Positions 63,209-64,000 of a DNA stretch of 64,000 nucleotides are shown here, in pieces. The DNA is from a virus. Lineage: Duplodnaviria > Caudoviricetes. The stretch spans positions 2,148 to 66,147 of the IMG/VR virus record IMGVR_UViG_3300022936_000009; one strand, given 5' to 3'. The translations under genes were made by a program, and so were the position numbers. Below the pieces are notes generated by a model that saw only the letters and a program-made list of their open reading frames with translations, was not told where the DNA came from and did not search any database. The stretch's first letter is position 1, and the number at the start of each line of letters is the position of its first letter.

Positions 63209-63666
63209 CCTTCTCTTTCGACCCTGCGCTGTCGACGCCGAAGGATCGCGTTCGCCTGCTGCTCGGCGATACGCAGCCGCCCGGTTGGTTCTCCGACGAG
63301 GAAATCAACGGCCTGCTCGTGACCGTGCCGGCCCCGACGTACGCCGCCGCCTTCCTCGCCGACAGCCTCTCGGCGCGCTTCGCTATGCGCGTCGACAAGC
63401 GCATCGGGTCGACGCAGGTTTCGAGCTCGCAGGCGTCGAAGGCCTTTGCCGCGCTTGCCGAGCGGCTGCGCGCGCAGGGGCCCGACAGCGATGGCAGCGG
63501 TGTGCCCACCGCTGGCGACATGTACGTCGGCGGCATCTCGCACGCCGTCGTCGACGAGCTGCGCCGAGACAGCGATGCGGTCCAGCCGTCTTTTGAGGTC
63601 GGCCAGGACGACCACTATGGCGAGCGGTCGCCGCGGTCGACGCCGACATCGTGGGACGGTGTCTGA
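63205..63666 (+). CDS. Head-tail adaptor/connector
   Basis: 'TFSFDP.LST.KDRVRLL.GDT...FSDEEI..LL...AA..AD.L.ARFA..VD...G...S.SQ....F..LA..LR'. Confidence 0.8.
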   Translation: MTFSFDPALSTPKDRVRLLLGDTQPPGWFSDEEINGLLVTVPAPTYAAAFLADSLSARFAMRVDKRIGSTQVSSSQASKAFAALAERLRAQGPDSDGSGVPTAGDMYVGGISHAVVDELRRDSDAVQPSFEVGQDDHYGERSPRSTPTSWDGV

Positions 63667-64000
63667 TGGATCCCTTCCTCAAAGACCTGCTCGACACGAC
63701 GATCGCTGTGCGGCTCGCCAGCGACCCGGACGACGCCGGCGCCGAGACGCTCGGCGATGTCGTGATCCTGCCCGCACACGTCGAAGCAAAAGACGTCTGG
63801 CAGGAGGCGTCACCGCAGAAGGGGCGCGAGCTCGTGACGATGCACTTCGTCGTCGTCGAGGAGAAGATCAGCCGGCAGCACCGCGTCTGGCTTCTCGGTT
63901 ACGGTGAGGACCCCGTTGACCGAACGCTCGCAAAGAAACCCAAGCGGCTCAACTACTTCACCGACCCCGACACCCTCGCCTTTTCTCATTCGGAGTTCGT
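63666..64000 (+). CDS. Head-closure protein, 3'-truncated
   Basis: TGATG coupling; MDPFLKDLLDTTIAVR...; open to the window end. Confidence 0.6.
   Translation, partial: MDPFLKDLLDTTIAVRLASDPDDAGAETLGDVVILPAHVEAKDVWQEASPQKGRELVTMHFVVVEEKISRQHRVWLLGYGEDPVDRTLAKKPKRLNYFTDPDTLAFSHSEF

Overview
High-GC tailed dsDNA phage sequence of siphovirus type. The window starts in the tail chaperone/tape-measure genes and ends in the head-closure gene, so it looks like most of a circularly permuted genome lacking only neck and major-tail genes (inference). Layout: tail module (+, 1-14.2 kb); leftward early arm (-, 31.3 to 14.3 kb) with an LPD29-like gene, small accessory genes, MT-A70 methylase, C5-cytosine methylase, AlkB, YqaJ/Bet, DnaB and an M15 endolysin; divergent promoters at about 31.4 kb followed by a putative ncRNA; rightward arm with a TerS-like gene, a DUF550/MazG-like fusion and about 35 unknown ORFs; then HNH, TerL, portal and MuF; an antisense operon of two membrane proteins plus tRNA-Asn; then XkdF protease, scaffold, capsid cement and major capsid protein. 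No integrase, DNA polymerase, reverse transcriptase or CRISPR array was recognised. The most notable signals are a conserved promoter/operator repeat in 7 copies that splits the early region into cassettes, a methylation writer-eraser cluster (C5-MTase, MT-A70, AlkB), a YqaJ nuclease with substituted catalytic residues, and several structured non-coding regions. All family names come from motif recognition by eye; no database searches were run.
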